Shown here in pieces: positions 60,262 to 64,000 of a stretch of 64,000 nucleotides of DNA. Within the stretch, counting starts at the first letter, position 1; the number at the start of each line of letters is the position of its first letter. The stretch is from contig JAPYSB010000007.1 in the NCBI GenBank assembly GCA_029936675.1, positions 2,520 through 66,519 of the forward strand. Direction: 5' to 3'. Position numbers and translations under genes: made by a program. The notes under the pieces are model-generated. The model was not told where the DNA came from. It saw only the letters and a list, made by a program, of their open reading frames with translations, and did not search any database. The DNA comes from Dehalococcoidia bacterium. GTDB lineage: Bacteria > Chloroflexota > Dehalococcoidia > Lucifugimonadales > UBA826.

Positions 60262-60450
60262 TCAACCTTGGTCAATGACATCAGTAAGTTCTCTATGGGA
60301 AATATCTGTCAATTCTTTCAATTGATTGGCTAATCTTATCCGTTCTTCCAATAGCCAGTTGAACTGAGCATCGCATCCAGCAATTGGGCCGGGATAATAT
60401 CTTATTTCTTCATTTAATTCTTTTAATTTATTCTTGCGATCCGATTCCAA
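60262..60450 (-). CDS. Small hypothetical protein (EIRxYPxPIAGCDAQFN motif)
   Basis: GAGGT SD before the TTG start; helix-motif-helix composition; abuts the DUF423 gene. Confidence 0.7.
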   Translation of the reverse strand: MESDRKNKLKELNEEIRYYPGPIAGCDAQFNWLLEERIRLANQLKELTDISHRELTDVIDQG

Positions 60451-60630
60451 TTTATTACCTCGGCCATCCAGATAATTGCTCAGGCAGCATGATAGCAGGA
60501 AGAAACTTGATCTTTACACCTTCCTGTTCAAAAAGCCTTTGGGGATAAATTAATTTTGTATTGTAAGGATACACGAGGGTACAATTCCAAACATCTACCA
60601 AAAGACATTTTTTTATACACGGAGTTACGG

Positions 60631-61611
60631 ATGAGCGAGATGCCCGCAGCGATATCAACTGGGTTGGGAGAATGGCGATGTGATGCTATAGACATCCCAA
60701 AAATGGAACCTGGCAAAGTATTAGTAAAAACGAATCTCGCATCGATATGTGGTAGCGACTTGCACATAACTTATATGGGTTGGAATGTGCATGAATTCCC
60801 TCTTCCCCACGGTTACCCCGGACACGAAGGTATTGGACAAATAATAGACCCTGGTGATACAGATTTTGCCGAAGGAGAATTAGTACTCACTGTGCCAAAT
60901 ATTTGGAACTCCAAGTGCTTCGCAGGCTACCAATTAATTGATCCTAATTTCCTTCTACGGGTACCATCAGGTGTTCCAGAGGCGCATCTGTTAATGGCAC
61001 AACAGCTTGGGACAGTGGTTTTTGGAACAAGAAAATTACCGACATTAGTCGGAAAAACTATAGCCATTTTAGGACAAGGTTCTGTTGGTTTATTCCATGA
61101 TTTTATGTTACGGAAACTCGGAGCTCATAAAATCATAGGGATCGAACCGGTGGCAGAGAGGTTACAAGCTGGCCGCAATATGGGAATCGACGAAGCAATT
61201 GATGTTACAGGCGACAAAGCTACAGAGGCCGTGATGGATCTTACATCTGGTGAAGGTGCAGACTTGGTAATAGAAGCTGTAGGCAGTGTTGACACTTTGA
61301 ACCAATCTTTGAAATTAGTTAAGCCTTTCGGAAAATTAGCAGTGTTTGGGTTGCCTCCAACCATGGAAAAAATTCCTTTTGATTGGGATACTTTTTTTCG
61401 AAAATGTATAGACATGCATTCAGTGTTTGGAGCCCAAGATGAGCCTGGTTTGCCAGCATTCCAACTAGCTGTGGACTACATAGAAAATAAGGAAATTGAT
61501 ATGGCACCTTTCGTCACCCACCAATTTCCAATATCTGAAATACAGAACGCTTTTAACCTGGCCGACTCTCGTGAAGATGGAGCCTTAAAAGTTTCCCTTA
61601 CCTTTGAGTAA
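60631..61611 (+). CDS. Zinc-binding (MDR) dehydrogenase
   Basis: Motifs ICGSDLH, PGHE, GQGSVG and VIEAVG. Start set at ATG 60631 after a GGAG SD. Confidence 0.88.
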   Translation: MSEMPAAISTGLGEWRCDAIDIPKMEPGKVLVKTNLASICGSDLHITYMGWNVHEFPLPHGYPGHEGIGQIIDPGDTDFAEGELVLTVPNIWNSKCFAGYQLIDPNFLLRVPSGVPEAHLLMAQQLGTVVFGTRKLPTLVGKTIAILGQGSVGLFHDFMLRKLGAHKIIGIEPVAERLQAGRNMGIDEAIDVTGDKATEAVMDLTSGEGADLVIEAVGSVDTLNQSLKLVKPFGKLAVFGLPPTMEKIPFDWDTFFRKCIDMHSVFGAQDEPGLPAFQLAVDYIENKEIDMAPFVTHQFPISEIQNAFNLADSREDGALKVSLTFE

Positions 61612-61625
61612 AATAAGGAGCTTAT

Positions 61626-62963
61626 ATGGGGAAACCACTTGAATATTCTACAGTAGAAGAATTGTCTGAACTATTAAGTTCTTCAAAAATTTCAACAAAA
61701 GAATTGGTACTTCACCTACTGGATCGTTCTAAAAGACTTGACCCAAATCTGAATGTTTGGGTAACGATGAACCCAACTTTGGAAACCGAAAACTATAGCC
61801 TAGAAAATACCAGTAAATTAGCCGGTATCCCTATCGGTATAAAAGACATTTATTGCACCCGCGACATGAGAACAACTTGTTGTTCTCCAATATACGAAAA
61901 ATATGAACCTGGGTACGACGCCCAAACAGTAAAAATGTTAAGAGACTCAAAGGCTGTGATTATGGGGAAAACCGTAACCACTCAATTTGCTTGTGGAGAT
62001 CCTCCTCCTACCAAAAATCCCTGGGATTTTTCAAGAACACCAGGAGGGTCCAGTAGCGGTTCAGCTGTCGGTGTAGCTTCAGGCATGTTCCCGGCTGCCC
62101 TAGGATCTCAGACTGCAGGTTCCGTTTTAAGGCCTGCGTCTTACAATGGTATCGTTGGATTCAAACCGACATACGGTCTCGTCAGTAGACAAGGAGTTTT
62201 CCCTGTAGCATTGTCTCTTGACACAATGGGATGGTTTACCCGTTCCGTAAAAGATGCTGCAATCCTGTTGCAGTATTTATCTGGTTATGATGCCGAAGAT
62301 AAGGATTCGGTGGAAGTGAACAGCAAATCATATATTTCGATCCCTAAACCGATTTCCCAACCACCTCATATCGGTATTGTAGAGGACTTCTACTATGAAA
62401 ATTCAGATCACAGCACCTTGGAAAAATTTGCCTTTTTATTGCAGAGACTTTCAAAGGCAGGGGCGATAATAGAGACTGCGAATACACACCTTGACTTTAA
62501 TAGCATCTTGGAATCTCACAGAGTCATCATGAATTGCGAGGCAGCACATACCCATAAAGATAATTATGAAAAAAGGCCTGATGACTTTGCTCCCAGGGTG
62601 AAAGAAATAGTCGAAAATGGTTTGAATACCCCAACACATATTTATATACAATCAAAACATTTTCAACAGACTTACAGTAGACAGGTATCAAAACTGTCAA
62701 AGAAATACGATGTTTTGATAATGCCAACAAGCCTGTCAGGTGCTCCGGCCTCAGATACTACTGGGGAGCCTATCTTTCAAGCACCGTGGACAATGGCAGG
62801 AGTGCCAGCAATCTCTTTGCCATACGATCTAGACGATGACGGTATGCCGCTGGGAGTACAAATAATATCGAACCATTTTAACGAATCGAATCTGCTATCG
62901 ACTTCAATGTGGATTGAATCAGTGGTGAATTTCACCCACAGGCCACCCCTACTTAGTGTTTAA
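61626..62963 (+). CDS. Amidase signature family enzyme
   Basis: Motifs GIPIGIKD, TPGGSSSGSA and LGSQTAGSVLRPAS. Confidence 0.92.
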   Translation: MGKPLEYSTVEELSELLSSSKISTKELVLHLLDRSKRLDPNLNVWVTMNPTLETENYSLENTSKLAGIPIGIKDIYCTRDMRTTCCSPIYEKYEPGYDAQTVKMLRDSKAVIMGKTVTTQFACGDPPPTKNPWDFSRTPGGSSSGSAVGVASGMFPAALGSQTAGSVLRPASYNGIVGFKPTYGLVSRQGVFPVALSLDTMGWFTRSVKDAAILLQYLSGYDAEDKDSVEVNSKSYISIPKPISQPPHIGIVEDFYYENSDHSTLEKFAFLLQRLSKAGAIIETANTHLDFNSILESHRVIMNCEAAHTHKDNYEKRPDDFAPRVKEIVENGLNTPTHIYIQSKHFQQTYSRQVSKLSKKYDVLIMPTSLSGAPASDTTGEPIFQAPWTMAGVPAISLPYDLDDDGMPLGVQIISNHFNESNLLSTSMWIESVVNFTHRPPLLSV

Positions 62964-63015
62964 AGATTCTGACAAATCCTTGGATTTCTTCCAATAGTAT
63001 GACTAGATTGGATAC

Positions 63016-64000
63016 ATGGTTGGAAAGACTAGGGAATCGATGGTTTTTCTATGGATGGCTTATAGTATTTTCTTCTTTCACCTCAAGTATGATAAATGCC
63101 GGCACTGGTAGCTATGCTTTAGGATTTTTCATCATCCCGATGGGTGAGGAGATAGGAATATCCAGAACACAGTTTTCGGTAATTCCTATATTTAAACTCG
63201 CCACAATTCCAATACTCCCGCTATTAGGCCTATTGGTGGATAGAAGGCATGGAGGAAGAATAATAGTTTCCGTTGGCAGTCTAGTTGGAGGTGCTGCCTT
63301 GGCTTTGACTTCTCAAATAGACAAAGTGTGGCAATTCTACATGTTATACGGAATTATCTATGGTTTTGGTACTGCCGCCATGGGCAGCCAATTGGTCGGT
63401 CCATCATTGATGGCCAAATGGTTCGTGAAAATGAGAGGAAGAGCGATGGCTATCGGCACCATGGGCATATCGGCCGGTGGTGTTATAGTGGCGCCTGTTG
63501 CAGGTTTGACCATATCCATCTTTGGATGGAGAGCAGCTTGGGTAGTATTGGGAATGATGGCGATATTTGCTATCGTCCCGGTTTCGTCACTATTTCTTAG
63601 AAGAAGCCCTGAAGACCTTGGACTACTGCCTGACGGAAATACATCTACCTCGAACGGAGAAGTTGCGCCAGAAAGTGAAGTAAGTTCCTGGACCCTTAAA
63701 CAATCAATTCGGAACACTCAATTTTGGATACTTTTGCTAATTCAATGTCTAGGCCTTTCAGGTTTAGTGGTGGTCCTATTTCACGAAGTCGCTTACATTC
63801 AAGACAAGGGATTAAATATCCAATCAGCAACCTTGGTAGCGACCTCGTTAGCCACCTCAGCCATGATTAGCAAACTCCCTTTCGGCTATCTAGCAGAAAA
63901 AATGGATATAAGAAGAGTCCTTGCGCTTTGCTTAATACCTGCTGGATTATCAACCTACATGATCATACCCATCGATTCTGTTTGGATTTTGGTGATTTGG
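63016..64000 (+). CDS. MFS transporter (partial; runs off the window end)
   Basis: Absent from the ORF track. Manual translation gives MVGKTRESMVFYGWLIV...GLLVDRRHGGR...KWFVKMRGRAMAI...GWRAAW. Confidence 0.9.

Noticed and set aside
60455-60767. Minus-strand ORFs 60455..60658 and 60528..60767, and a CAGGAAG/CTTCCTG hairpin
   Set aside because: The ORFs overlap the divergent dehydrogenase and its upstream region with no recognisable motifs. The hairpin matches no riboswitch I recognise.
63328-63717. ORFs 63328..63600 and 63358..63717
   Set aside because: They are alternate-frame and antisense shadows of the MFS transporter that runs off the window.

Overview
This is a gene-dense stretch of bacterial core chromosome. 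I infer it comes from a marine Dehalococcoidia/SAR202-type Chloroflexota, based on the rplI-dnaB-dnaD-double-dnaC block, the acidic insert in AcpP, and paralogous TPP, NHL, SDR and zinc-dehydrogenase enzymes. Housekeeping genes are pyrG (partial), xseAB, efp, aroQ, xerC, topA, two tRNA-Ser, clpC, holA, rplI, dnaB, a DAHP synthase, alaS, ruvX, acpP, nusB, fabD, rpmF, apt, fabF, folC and hspR-grpE-dnaK. These are interspersed with many stand-alone catabolic enzymes. I found no CRISPR array, IS element or prophage. The most notable observations are: (1) a coupled pair of a branched-polyamine synthase (BpsA-like) and a DUF2156 transferase, with a likely CTG start; (2) an unannotated Phe/Tyr leader-peptide attenuator upstream of the DAHP synthase; (3) OppD and OppF sharing an extra Cys-rich C-terminal tail; (4) a lone OLD-family ATPase with a degenerate TOPRIM site; (5) an EF-P with a KMQQR tip; (6) shared HAIR-like operators at hspR-grpE-dnaK and clpC; (7) a rod-shaped candidate RNA upstream of pyrG; and (8) a gene frameshifted by a 16-bp tandem duplication. 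All family calls come from motif recognition by eye, and no database search was run.
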